From Eledone cirrhosa (Eukaryota): a stretch of 64,000 nt of DNA. Of this stretch, positions 40,969 through 54,134 are shown piece by piece. The first letter of the stretch is position 1, and every line of letters starts with the position of its first letter. Where the stretch lies: contig OZ024743.1 in NCBI GenBank assembly GCA_964016885.1, forward strand, positions 203,050,001-203,114,000, written 5' to 3'. The notes beneath the pieces were generated by a model. The model saw only the letters and a list, made by a program, of their open reading frames with translations, was not told where the DNA came from and ran no database searches. The position numbers and the translations under genes were made by a program.

Positions 40969-42758
40969 CTACCTCTCTGCGTCCCGGGCACCAGGCCGCA
41001 CAATTTCCATGGGAGTGGGGGGTTGTGGGGTTTCGGGATCAGAGTGTGTTGGGGTTGGCGTGTTTGGTGTGGTGTGGGTGTCTGGGGAGGAGGTGGGGAC
41101 ATTTTTCAAGAGGACGCGGTAAATTGGTTTTACACAGGGGGGGGGGGGGCACTTTCTCAGGAAATTCTCTTTTAGTTCTATATAAATGTCTATCGGAGTT
41201 TTAATCCTTTTTAAAGAGGGGTTCTCTGTGTCCCTCGTGAAATTTGGCCCTTCGGTTTGCACCGAAGGGTTTTGTTCAATTTTGTTTACAAATTTTATAT
41301 TTTTTGTGTTGAAGTATGTGTATAGCTGTGTCTGTAATTTTTGTTGGTTTTTGTTCTGTATTTTTTTGTGTTTTGTTTTTGGGAGGGGTTATTTTCCTTT
41401 GTGTGGGTGCGGTGTGTTTCCTTTTTTTCGCTTTATTTTTTGGAAGGGTCCCCCCTCGTCTGCTGACGTTAAGGGATCCTCTTCCATGTTGGAGGGGAGG
41501 GGGTATATTTTGGGGTTTTGTTATGTATGTTGTTGGAGTTGTTTTAGGTGGGGAGAGTTTAGGTGGGACCGTGTTCAGTTTTTTGTTGACTTGTGTTTGT
41601 TGTTGTTGTGGTGGTGTTGTTTTTGGAGATGTTGGCAGTAAAGGTTTTTTAGTTTGTTGAGGACAGGCAGCCCTCAGGAGACCTCTCCCTCCACAGAGGT
41701 AGCAAGCGGGCCGCCTACCCTCAACTGCAATGCTCATAAATTGGGAGCCTTCCATGGACACTTTTTGGGGTATCTTTGCGATACGCTCTGGTTTCATTCG
41801 AACCAGAACGTGTATGCCTATACCGCCAAAGTGTCCCCTGGTGGCTTTGCTTACTCAAGGAGTTCATCTTCGTCGTCCAGTATCCCTCCTAGTATCCACC
41901 ACATATTTGTATTTAGGTGTATACCGGAGATTGTTATTTTTTTAGTTTTCTTCCCCATGTAGGTGGAGAAGAAAGTGTACTGTCTGGACACAATTGGCGA
42001 CACCGAGTATTTTTGGGCCACCAATTGGTCCTTCATCAAAATTATCAGACTCCCATATAACTTCCCTCTCTCAATAAAAATCATGTCCTTCAACGCGTCT
42101 TTTAACACCAGCTCCATTTCGCTATGCGATAATTGAGCTGTTTTTTTCGACGTATTTGATATAGTTCTAAAATTAATTGTCCTTAGGACTGTGTCTCTTT
42201 TAATATCCTTAGGGGAGATTATGGTGAATTCACCGTTTTCACCAAAGCTCACCTGTTTTCTCCCTTCTTTTAGCAATTCTGCTGCATTACTGATGTCAAC
42301 TGGGGTGAAAGTTTTGGTCTCCTTAACGACCTGGGCAAAGGATATTCGTGTAGTGGGGTCTTTTTTTGTGTTTCGTTGCTGTTGTTCTTGTTTTCTTGGA
42401 TGTTGGCGTTTTTGTTTTTGTTGTTTGCGGTACAGTTTTGGAGGTTTTCACCCATTTTTTCGGGTTTTGAGTTCACATTTATGTTGTTTTCTTTGTCATT
42501 GTTGCTGCTGTTTTCGCTTTTGTGTGTGTTTGTGTTATTTTCTTTGTTATTTGTGTTGGTGTTGTTGGTGTCAGTGTAATTTATACATTCTTTCAATTTA
42601 TTGTTTCCATTGTTTAGGTTATTACCCAAGCTTTTACAATTTTTCGCCAAATCCACTTCCATACTCGCATGCGAAAGCGGGAGAAGGGAAGCTTCAGTAG
42701 GTTGAGTTACTTGTTCCTCTTTATCACTTTCCCTGGGGGCGTGGCAGTGGTGTTTCAT
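40969..42758 (-). pseudogene. LINE ORF1 (gag-like, degenerate Zn knuckle), frameshifted
   Basis: Chain of minus-strand ORFs upstream of ORF2; EGRRPACYLCGGRGLLRAAC resembles CX2CX4HX4C; Asn-rich N-terminus; homologous to 1-765. Confidence 0.8.
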
Positions 42759-44071
42759 GTATGGTCTCCATTATTGTAAGTTGGTATACACAATTTTCAA
42801 AGTAGTTTTTACCCCCAAAAAGGGGTAAAAATAAAATAAACACCCGTCTGCAAGTCCAGGCGGGAGGTTAGGTCACACAAATAAAACAAATGAAAAACAA
42901 ACTCACAGTCAAAAATGTAATACAATTCCCAAAAGGCTGCAGCCGAAGTAACACGCGTCTACTATCAACGATAGATAGATAGATAGATATATGTATGTGT
43001 GTATGATTGTGGTATTGTGGTGTGTGTGTTTTGTGATGTGTATGGGTGCATATAATGCTTATGCGTATGTACCTTATGTATCCCGAGATGGGTACTCCTG
43101 TTGTTTGCTCAACGAAATATCCTGCCCGTGGAATTGGCGAGCCTTAAAATTCCAGACTCGTGTATTCGTCACGTAATTGTCGGGGAGAATCAGGACTACG
43201 CTGTATGCGACAAGGCTGGTCTTTCAATTACAGACAGTCTATCCGATGAATAGACTGTTCACAGTCCTTGGTTCGTCCTTACTCAAAGATTCGGCCATGC
43301 TGCGTTTAAATCAAATAAACTAGATGCAATTGCAATTTCAAAGAATGGGGGTAGGTATTGTAACGTAGGCTCTGAGGGCGCAGTGCTATAATCAAACATA
43401 TTCCATCCATGACAATATCATCGGTTTAGACGTAACTAGAAGTATATAATTTAGTAGGTATTTCCAACTTTTGCAAAGGCAGTGAGACGTGATTTAAGAT
43501 AGATTTACCAGTTAGCAAGTGGTAAATCTATTGAGTGGCTGGGTAAAGGGCAAAGGAGGACGAATTGTAGAAAGAAAATAGATCAAAGCCGTAGAAAAAG
43601 ATAAATGAACTAGTTGAGAAGGTCAGAAGAAAATGATAAACACAGTGAAAGAGGCGGTGCAGAGTGGTTTAAAAAAACGAATTAGATGAATCTTGAAAGG
43701 TCAAAGATAAAATATAGGAAAAGAAGATATGTCATAGTGATTTCTAAAGGATGTTATCATGATGAAATATGTTCGGTTTTTGTTAATTCAGAAATAGACC
43801 CGGAATATTTAGTGTTCATATGTTCATTCATCACAAAAAGTTATTGCTTTTTTTATGTTTTTAAATCTAAGGACACTAATAATTTTATATCTTTTTTTTT
43901 TATTTTCACTCTAATGATTATATTTGTGATTAGCATTCAATATTGACTTTCACCTTTGGCAAGTTTACTTTTTCATTAATTTCTTTTTCATATATTGTTA
44001 TTGTTAACAGTCATATAAATTCATATGTATGTGGTGTGTGTTAGGGGTGTACATATACATCTATATATATA

Positions 44072-44590
44072 TACAAGTTGCGTTCAGGAAGTTTTGAAAC
44101 TTTTTCAGGAGAGACATTAATTAATTTCAAAAAAGTACAAATTTCTAATCGCTTTCAAAATAGGATGCTATGAATTCAATGCACTAGTTATAGTGCACCA
44201 ACTTCTTCATGAAGGCCCCATGGAAGTCCTTCAAAGTTGCGGTGTCCAGAAACCTTGTCACAGCTTTCTTCACGCTTTTAATGTCTTTAAAATAACTACC
44301 ACTGAGGATCTCCTTCACGTTGGAAAACAACCAAATGTCACAGGAAGCAAGGTCTGGATTGTAGGGAGGGTGTGGTAACAGTTTTGTTACCCATCTCTGT
44401 CCTTCCTTGTGTTTGTCACTAATCAGACTGGGAACAAACTTTGCAAACATTTTGCGCATGTTCAGATCTTCATGAATAAGCTGGTGCACGTTTGCTACTC
44501 CAGCTGCAAAGTGTAGAATTATTGAATTTAAAGACACACAACATTCTTTATCCAGAAAATAGTAAATTTTCTCAACCAGCCTTGATGTTG
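44072..44590 (-). mobile_element. Internally deleted mariner element
   Basis: RKMFAKFVP (cf. WVPHEL region) fused to PHPPYNPDLASCDIWLF (YSPDLAPxD); degenerate TIRs. Confidence 0.85.
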
Positions 44591-44723
44591 TAATGTCCCT
44601 CTCCCTCTCACGCCTCCCGTTGTCTATTAACTCATCTCCACAGTATTGGGCTCATACAAGTTAATACATAAGCAGTCTGGATCATTTCATAAGTTCCTGT
44701 AGCATTTTCTGGAGTACACGTTG

Positions 44724-44836
<113 letters not shown>

Positions 44837-44917
44837 GGTAAACAGAAATAACAACACAATCGTTACAGTATATAGAAGGAAAATATTAGGTTAACGCTTG
44901 AAATAGCAGGAAGAGGA

Positions 44918-44953
44918 TCTTAACGTTTCGGACGCTAGTTCTTCATCAAAAGA
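44918..44953 (-). ncRNA. Minimal hammerhead motif (U3.G8) in a PLE-like end
   Basis: tctt TTGATGA a-gaac(tagc)gtcc GAAAC GTT aaga; AACGUU palindrome; the tail runs to (CA)n at 44832. Confidence 0.65.
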
Positions 44954-45146
44954 AGGAGAAATAAGACAGATTGAAGGGACAGGCGAGGTGGAATTGGAAA
45001 AATGTCTTTAGATAAAAATAACAGGTCCAGTCTCATCACAAGTCATTACTCCCGCCAGCGTATATTAAACGGCACTTGTTCAGGTACTGCGCAGCAGAGC
45101 TAATCCCATAACTATGTGACTACAAAGCTATGTCTACGCCTATATA

Positions 45147-45247
<101 letters not shown>

Positions 45248-45714
45248 TTTTTCTGTGTGTTTTTTATATATTCAAGATACTTTGATTGTGGTTCAATTCC
45301 GATGTTCTCTAGATGTATTAAATTCAGGGTATACATATTTTCTTTCATTTTTTTGTTATAAAACAAACCAAATTGGAATAGAAAAATACTTTTTTCTGAC
45401 AATCATCAGTAAAACCCAATTATCAGATTATCAGATTCGTATTAAGAGTTATAGAATGTCAACGATATGTTTTAAAAATATACACAAAATATTTGAATAT
45501 TTAGAATTTCTGAGCAAACGAATATACTTTTTGTGGTATGTGAGTAAAAAACATAACCTCAAATTTCAATTTTTGTTATCGTAAGTTCCTAAATTCTACT
45601 AGGTAATTTCATAAATTATAAATGTTTTCTATCCTTTATATGTTAAATGTATTTAGGGTGTACTGACAAGGAGCAAGGAGTTAAAATATGTATGAAACTG
45701 ACAAGCTGAGACAA

Positions 45715-45763
<49 letters not shown>

Positions 45764-45866
45764 GACTAACACATACACGCGAACAAAGACGCACACAAAT
45801 ACATATGTATATATGTATACATATATATATGTATATATATATATATATATACATATAAATATATAT

Positions 45867-46005
45867 ACGTTATTCCGGGTTGAATCGGAGGTAGCCACAG
45901 TAAGTAAGGTACTCAATACATAGCAGAGTATAAAAGTTTTAATTCCTGATGATTTCTAAAGAATGAAACAGTTCTAGTACTGTAGAATCTCATCTATATT
46001 AAAAC
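45867..46005. mobile_element. PLE family D mini-insert (tail plus inverted arm with partial HHR)
   Basis: Same sequences as 56570-56757. Confidence 0.8.
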
Positions 46006-46169
46006 AGGAGTAGGAAGCTGTCATTCCCTGACGTTATCTCTAGGGATACGGGAATCAGCAGACAGGACCTGGGGGCAGCGATGGGGGACAGGGGATGTTG
46101 GGGCATGAGAGTGAGATCCATCATCTCGACAGTAGTCGACGAGTGGTGATGAGTGATGATGATATTAAA

Positions 46170-46218
<49 letters not shown>

Positions 46219-46219
<1 letters not shown>

Positions 46220-47900
46220 CTTCATGGGGGGGGTACACCGCTCGGAGACTTGGTACGATTCTGAACACCATCTGGACACCCCAGGACACCATCAACCCAC
46301 AGGCAGTTATCAGTTCTAATAGACCAGTAGCACCAAGGAGACAGGTAACACTAGTATACATAATAAGAACAAGAGGCATCGGACCAGAAAAATCCTGTGG
46401 TACAACCCCCCATACTCCACCGGCCTGACCACGAGTATAGCTAAGCTTTTCTTTAGGGCCTTAGACAAATGCTTCCCTAGATCACATAGATACTATAAAA
46501 TATTCAATAGAAATACCATCAAGCTGTCCTACTCCACAACCAGTAACATAGCTCAGAATATAGCTAAGATGAATTATAGTAGACTTAGGACAGCCCAAGG
46601 CGGGATGAGACATGAAAGAACTAATGGCAGCTCTATGGATGAACGGACTCATACGCGTTAGGCGAGTCGGGTCACTCCAACCCCTGGGAACTTACCCATA
46701 GAGCAGACAAGAACTAAAACCCGACCCCAAAGGTACCGTGGTTTCTCTGGAACTACCCAGGTCGATAACAGAAAATGTAATTGCAGGAACACCGCCACTT
46801 GCCCCATGGCTGGGAAATGCCTCACCAAAAAAATAGTCTACGACTGTAAGGTCTCCACTTTAGATAGAACCTTCAGGTATGTTGGGGAAACTGCCATTGA
46901 ATTTAAGGGTAGATGGTATAATCACCGCCATACCTTTTAATAGATTAGATAAAAAAAAGAGCACGGCGCTTTCTGAATTAGTCTGAAAGCTTAAACAACA
47001 GAATATAGAGCACTGCTTATGCTGGTCCATAATTTGCTCAGCCCAGCCTTATAACGGCAGCACAGGTGTCTGTATTTTATGTATAACTGAAACCTTTAAT
47101 ATAATTAGAGGCGGCCCCCTATTAATCAATAGGAGAGCAGATTTTTTCAGCAACTGCCAACATAGAACCTCGAAAATCTTCCGCAGGATTTTTGGAAAGT
47201 AACCTACCACTAGCTCCTCCCTTTTTACCTTAGCCATAGAGTTCTCTCAATTAGCAAAAAAACAGACAATCACACACTCAGGTAGTAGACAGCTAAGATC
47301 GTTTGCGCACTTACAAACGGTACTCGGTTTGTTTCCACAGAGTTCTCACAGCTGAGTGCACATTTACCACTAATTTAGAATACCTAGTTAGTAAATAATT
47401 AGTAAATAGTTAGAATGATTACACACTCAGTTAAGACCAATTACGCGCATTCACCATTTCTTTAAAATACCCTAACCATTGAGTTCTCTCGGTTAGTAAA
47501 TACTTAGACGTATTACACACTCAGTTAAGACCGATTATGCTCTTTATATATGACTCTACACACAGTACCCAGTTTCTTTAGACACGGAGTTCCCACAGTT
47601 ATGACTGGTCACGATCCGATTATCAATTGAACACTACACTAGGTTTTGATCCGTGATCATCTAACCATGGAGTGCTCACGGTTACTGATTGGACAATATT
47701 ACTTACACACTATTAATGGGCTTACACACATCCTCGGAGTTTTGCTATTCTTTTTTATTTTATTTTATTTTATTTCTGTGTTGGGTAACGCACCTCCACC
47801 ACTCAAACACCTATCTTAAAAGCCCAAGGCCCCATATGATGGCAAAATGCACATACTGACACCTTAACTCAAATATCCAACCCTACACAGAGCCCCTTGG
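46219..47900 (+). mobile_element. PLE relic: linker, GIY-YIG (stop near 47202) and repeat-containing 3' region
   Basis: RKILWYNPPYS; KCNCRNTATCPMAGKCL…IVYDCKV…YVGETAIEFKGRWYNH…CILCITE…LINRRADFFSNCQH; right boundary uncertain. Confidence 0.85.
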
Positions 47901-48779
47901 TGGCCTACATGGCGGTTGCTTGCACGCACAGATTTGGGGATTCAGATTCTCAATGGGACAACGGCACATACAGAATTCGATATGAGCTGACTACTTGCTC
48001 TTCACATGGATGTGTATATACCAAAACATACACTTTTTTAGATGATACGTACGTGTATATACCAAAACATACACTATTTACAATTCAATCGATACACGTA
48101 TAGCAGAACATTGAACTGAATTTACTTGGGTGTGTATAGGGTTGCGGCTGACGCAATTTCTCCAATTTACATCGTAAAATTGAGATTTGACCAATATAAC
48201 ATTTGTTGTTTTGTAAACTAACTTTCGGTGAATACTATGTTGGTATATATATTTTTTTTTTCTTCGACCTCGCGTCGGTGTGTGCGAGTGTGTGTGTACT
48301 CACTGTGACCGACTGTATTTCTAAAGATTTGATGTTGAGATTAGACCCGTCCAGCGTCTTTTACAGCTATTGAGAGATAGAGACTTGATAGTTTTATGAC
48401 CCTAACTGAGGACGATAGCAGTCGGCGTGTTTTTGGCTGCTTAATCTTCAAATGGGGAACCAAACTCTAGTGAGTGAACATCGTTAAATTTTCTCCCTCA
48501 TATCAAGGATTTGAAGACAATTCATTTTCACCTGACAACATCAGTGATAATCGATCATGGCCGCACGATCGATCTATCTCTTATTGAAACATATGTCCTG
48601 ATTAAAATGATTGGAAATTTATACCATGCCTTCGGATCTTTATTTTGATACAAATACTCCGTTTTACATCATCTAGCTGTTCCCATACATGGAATTGGAG
48701 ATGTACAAAAGCGTGGAGAACTTAATATGGCTAACAAAAGTTTATTGGACCGTATGACACAACCAATAATACACCTTAC

Positions 48780-48831
<52 letters not shown>

Positions 48832-49006
48832 TAGTAAGGTGTATTATTGGTTGTGTCATACGGTCCAATAAACGTTTGTTATATATATATATATATACCA
48901 CCGGACCTTGTTACCCGGAGATTTACCCATTTGCATTGTCGAGGCTTCCAAACGACTTAGAAATATATATATACATATATATATACATATATATATACAT
49001 ATATAT

Positions 49007-49048
<42 letters not shown>

Positions 49049-49053
<5 letters not shown>

Positions 49054-49241
49054 AACCAGTAAGACCCCGACAGCTGAGCTCAAGCCGTTTCGACGGCTAG
49101 TTCTGGACCAGAATTAGCCGTCGAAACGGCTTGAGCTCAGCTGTCGGGGTCTTACTGGTTCCTATTACCCACTCTACTACCTCAAGTATTGAGTAGTTTG
49201 GTGCGTTATGGTCCACCTGGTTCCTTACCACATTTCCTTCG

Positions 49242-49243
<2 letters not shown>
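49049..49243. mobile_element. PLE family A fold-back mini-insert
   Basis: About 57-bp inverted arms centred near 49107, each with the HHR 3' half; the right arm has an 80-bp tail. Confidence 0.9.
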
Positions 49244-49297
<54 letters not shown>

Positions 49298-49604
49298 CGT
49301 TATGTATTATATACAATGCTTCAAACAAACTACAACATTTGTATGTCTGTGTGGGTGAGTGTCTGTGTGTGTGGGTGTGTGCGTTTCTCTCTGTTTATTT
49401 GTGAATATAGTGGATTGTAAAAAAGAACAATAAACTCAATGCTTATCCGTAATTGATTAACTCTTTTCATGTTATTATTTCGGATCCCGCTGTTATCTCC
49501 TCTGCCTTTCTGAGTTCATGAGAACAATAGAATAATCACCCTTATTGTACTAGAACAAATTAAATTGACTTTACTCGTTCAACACCTTATATCCTCTTCT
49601 ACAT

Positions 49605-50135
49605 ATAATAATAATGATAATAACAACTCATCAAAAGTGCATGTATAGTACATAGGGTAATGTACAAATATCAGGAAAATGAACAGTGCATGAGTCATGA
49701 TATACACATGTGTGCATGTGTATGGAAGGGGGACACCAGGTGTAGTTCTGGTGAATTTCGGGAAGCATGAGGGTTTTAAATGATTCAGTGTCTCGGCAGT
49801 TAACAACTGACGTAGACAGTTTGTTCCATGCTTCAGTAACTCTAAGCCTGATAAAATGTTTCCGAAAGTTATGGGAGCTGTGCTGTTTTCTGACTTTGTA
49901 GGCATGCCACGTGTGTTAGACACATGGAGATCAAACAGGAGCTCAGGGTTGTTGTTAGCGAGATGGTTAATAACGTTGTGGGTGTTTACCAAGTCCATTG
50001 CCAGACGTCGGAGCTTCAATGAATCCATGCCCAGGGAAGTAAGACGTTCAGAGTATGGTATGTGTCTGATGGAGGGTATGCGCTTGGTTGCACGTCTCTG
50101 AACAGTTTCCAGGAGGTCAATGTTCTGAGCAAGAC
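49605..50135 (-). mobile_element. CR1-clade LINE 3' fragment
   Basis: LLETVQRRATKRIPSIRHIPYSERL…SLKLRR…DL…NTRG…AWN; (ATT)-like tail. Confidence 0.9.
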
Positions 50136-50618
50136 TCATGATGCGAATTCCAAGTGTGGTCGTACCATAGCTGTATATATGATGGACCGACAGATACGGA
50201 TACAAATATAGAAAGCAATTCACACCAAGTAAGAATGGTACCGAGGAATTTCATTTAATGAAAGACCACTTAGACGTAGTTGCTTAACATTCTGGAAATA
50301 GCAGCCAAGTCATTCACAGATTGTCTTTACAATAGAATGGTATATTGGTCAATGATTAGATAAGTTTACATAGTTCTGTCTGATCACAAATACAAAAATG
50401 TATTAATTTAGCAATACATTAATGATGTCTTATCTTGTCAGAAGGTCACACGTTTTGGGAATAACGCATTTATAAATGAGATTACGGCATTAGATAACTA
50501 GACCCGGAAACAAATATACCCTTTCATCCGATTTGAACACAGTTTCTAAACTATAATAACACAGACATTTACAATGATTTCACCAGCCAATAGTCTTTGA
50601 CGCTCCCTGATGAAATAT

Positions 50619-50661
<43 letters not shown>

Positions 50662-50745
50662 GTATCCCGTTAAGGGTGAAAGCAGCGATTCTTTGCTTAA
50701 ACTTTAATCTGTTATTTTAATAAATATATATATATATATATATAT

Positions 50746-51684
50746 ATAAATTGGTATAATTTAACCCAAATTGTAGGAATCCTATAATGAGACGAGACGT
50801 CCGTCTGGGAAGAGATATATTCGATATGTCTCATATGAAATAATACAGCCAATTTTGCACGCAATACTTTTAGTTAGCACCCCGAACGCATAATTGGGAA
50901 TATAATCACTTATTTCCTAATGTTTGTTGAGTGAGTTGGAATTTGGCCGGAGTATCGCTAAAAAGCTTTCTCCGATATTCTATTTATTTATTTACTCTTG
51001 GCGCAGCAGATTTGAAATTTTCCCGGTATAAAGTTAGAATTTCTTTGTTTATTTGTTATATATGAATATTGATTGTTCCTTATATCTCATTCTGTTATTT
51101 TGCCCGAGAAAATATGTGTGTGTCATCAAATGTTGGACACACATAGATATTTTTTTCAATTTCCAATTGGGTTCTTAGCACGTGGCCTGAATTCCTTTTA
51201 GAGTTCATGCGCAAGTATTGGTTTTTTTGGCGGTAATTTACTTCCTCATTTTTGAATCAGTTTGAGCATTTCTTTAGAACTGCTGGACTGGCAACCTGAC
51301 AGATACCTCAGGCACAGATGATGATTATCGATAAATACTGATGTTGGTTAGATTAACAATATTAGTATTATTGGGGCACCCACTGATGAATTATAGGACC
51401 CCACTTGAATATATATCTATTGATGGTATACAAGCTCCTACATAAATTGGTATAATTTAACCCAAATTGTAGGAATCCTATAATGAGACGAGACGTCCGT
51501 CTGGGAAGAGATATATTCGATATGTCTCATATGAAATAATACAGCCAATTTTCCACGCAATACTTTTAGTTAGCACCCCGAACGCATAATTGGGAATATA
51601 ATCACTTATTTCCTAATGTTTGTTGAGTGAGTTGGAATTTGGCCGGAGTATCGCTAAAAAGCTTTCTCCGATATTGTATTTATT
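50746..51684 (+). mobile_element. Non-coding HHR-containing partial tandem (unit 696 bp)
   Basis: About 230-bp direct repeats (50746-50976 and 51442-51672, one mismatch seen); HHR 51379-51505 with a 9-bp stem II base and GAGA in place of GAAA. Confidence 0.85.
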
Positions 51685-51710
51685 ATATATATATATATAT
51701 ATACATATAT

Positions 51711-52790
51711 GAAATTGCAAGTTTGAAGAATTATTAGATAAAATGAATACAGTCTTTCCTGTCCCTAGTCCGTAGAAATCAACCACATAAATAATCATTT
51801 AAACGAGGCTATAAGTTTAAAATGTAACTATGAAGAAATAATAGACATGATACAGACTATTTTCTGCGAGCAACAGCCAGATAAAATTTATCTAGTCATT
51901 CCTTTTAGCCCGTAGAAATTGACTAGACAAATAATCACATAAACGGAGTTAGGTCTAAAATAGAAGTTAGAAGAAATAATGCATATAAACTTTACCAAAA
52001 TTCCCCTAGTCCCGACTGTCGACAGTTTCGCTCTTTTTCTGCGGATATATCCGATCCTGAATTTATGCACGAGGCTTGGAGCTTATCGAGAGACACCCGA
52101 GTTTGGACTAAAATTTCTAGCGTGATCCCCGCCAGAAATGAATTCAAAAATGGCTAAGAACTATCACGTGGCTAGTGCTCAAGGTAGAAGATTGTGATTG
52201 GTTGCCAGGCGGCTAGTAGGCTGTTTGCTAGAAAGCGCAGCCAGATACTGCCTAAATTGTTACTCTACCTTACGAGAGTATATATTAAATTCATAGCGAT
52301 AGATGTATATATTTATACATATATTTCGACATATTCACAGATACATATATGAGTGTGGCTACCGTTCACGGTGTGGCTCAATTAAAGAATTAATTAATCA
52401 AATGATTATTAATGAGAGCTAATTGCAAGTTTGAAGAATTATTAGCTAAAATATATATAGTCTTTCCTCTCCTTAGTCCGTAGAAATCAACCACATAAAT
52501 AATCATTTAAACGAGGCTATAAGTTTAAAATGTAACTATGAAGAAATAATAGACACATGATACAGACTATTTTCCGCGAAGAACAGTCAGATAAAATGAT
52601 TTCTACGGACTAGGGAGAGGAAAGACTGTATATATTTTATCTAATAATTCTTCAAACTTGCAATTTTATATCTAGCTCTGATTAAAAATTATTTGATTAA
52701 TTAATTCTTTCATTGAGCCACACCGTGAAATATATGTATCTGTGACTATGTCTGAATATATACATATATCCCTATGAATTTAATATATTT
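51711..52790 (-). mobile_element. Second non-coding HHR partial tandem (unit 708 bp) with inverted arm
   Basis: Direct repeats 51713-51887 and 52421-52598; 52599-52788 inverts 52281-52488. Confidence 0.8.
52009..52094 (-). ncRNA. Hammerhead ribozyme, U3-A8 core with U4C
   Basis: gtctc TCGATAA gctc…gagc GAAAC tgtcgaca GTC gggac; 12-nt palindrome ACUGUCGACAGU. Confidence 0.72.
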
Positions 52791-53613
52791 ACATATATAT
52801 ATATATAGAAAAAGAGATGAAATCGAAAATGCAACTGGAGTCTTATTTTTTTTTTAAATATATATATTTATTTGGTTCCTTTACCGGTTCCGTAGTTCTT
52901 CTGCTTTTCAAAAGGTGAGTTGAGATGGAGGGTCTGTGGTTTTTCTCACATCTGGTTGGTCTCTGAATGTTACTTGTTTCATATGAAAAAGTGGCTCGAA
53001 ATGTCAGATTTTTCTGGGGTTTTTTTGGTTGGTTATAAATGAAATTATGGCTGTCACGTGAACAAGTTTTCATTAAATTTTCGTGCCCTTATTTGCAAAT
53101 CCATTCTGTAGCCTTTTTAGAGAATTTTATGATAAGTGAAAGATAATGGTCAAGAGAAAGGGATGGGAGAATTGTTCTGGTTCAGTGAATATGGTTAGTT
53201 CGCTGGGGTGTTAGAATTCAGATTTTCTATTGAATAAAGAAATTAAAGATATGTATGTTTATTTGTGTGCTTGTGTGTGTGCGCTTGTGTGTGTTTGAAT
53301 TTCTTTACTTAAAAAAAGGTGGCTCACGAAGGCTTTTTTTAATAAACGTGATTTGATTGGTTATAAATTAAATTTGGCTGTCACGTGAACAAGTTTTCAT
53401 TACATTTTCGCACGCTTATTTGGAAATCTATTCTGTAGCCTTTATAGAGAATGTTATGACAAGGGAAAGATAGTGGTCAAGAGAAATGGGATTGGGAGAA
53501 TTGTTCTGGTTCAGTGAATATGGTTAGTTCGCTGGGGTGTCAGAGTTCAGATTTTCTATTGAAGTAAAGATATGTATGTTTATTTGTGTGCTTGTGTGTG
53601 TGTGTGTTTGTGT

Positions 53614-53667
<54 letters not shown>

Positions 53668-54134
53668 TGGAAGATCATTCTATTAGTAGAAATGGGGGAG
53701 GGAGTTGTGTGTGTGTGTATATGGGTGTTATGTGTGTGTGTGCGAGTATGTTAAGATGGAGAGAATATTTTTGTGTGTGTGTATATATGTGTGTAGGAAA
53801 GTGGTTCTATTAGTAGAAATGGGGGAGGGAGTTGTGGGTGTGGGGTTGTTATGTGTGTGTATGGGTGTTATGTGTGTGGAAGTATGGTTAGCATGTTAAG
53901 ATGAAGAGAATATATATATATATATATATATTGTGTGTGTGTGTGTAGGAAAATGATTCCTTTAGTAGGAATATTTTTGAATGAACATATTTTCTTTACT
54001 TATTCGTATTTGTTCTGTTGTATTGTCAGTGCAAACGTATGTTAAGGTTTATTTAGTTTGGGTTTTTATTTTCTAAAGTAGAAGGTGTTATGTGTGTGTG
54101 TGTATGTCATATTATGGTGTTGACATAATGTATA

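Larger units (their letters stand above)
37280..42961 (-). mobile_element. Near full-length (~5.7 kb) decayed Tx1/L1-clade LINE
   Basis: ORF1 plus ORF2 with frameshifts; AATAAA at the 3' end; (GATA)5 at 37260-37279 and at 42970-42989. Confidence 0.95.

Noticed and set aside
48555-48600. Possible Tc1 motif (WP…DLSLIE)
   Set aside because: Short, frameshifted and without supportable boundaries.
54103-54128. Hairpin after the Naiad-like stop codon as a SECIS
   Set aside because: Lacks the AUGA/GA quartet and the helix length of a SECIS.
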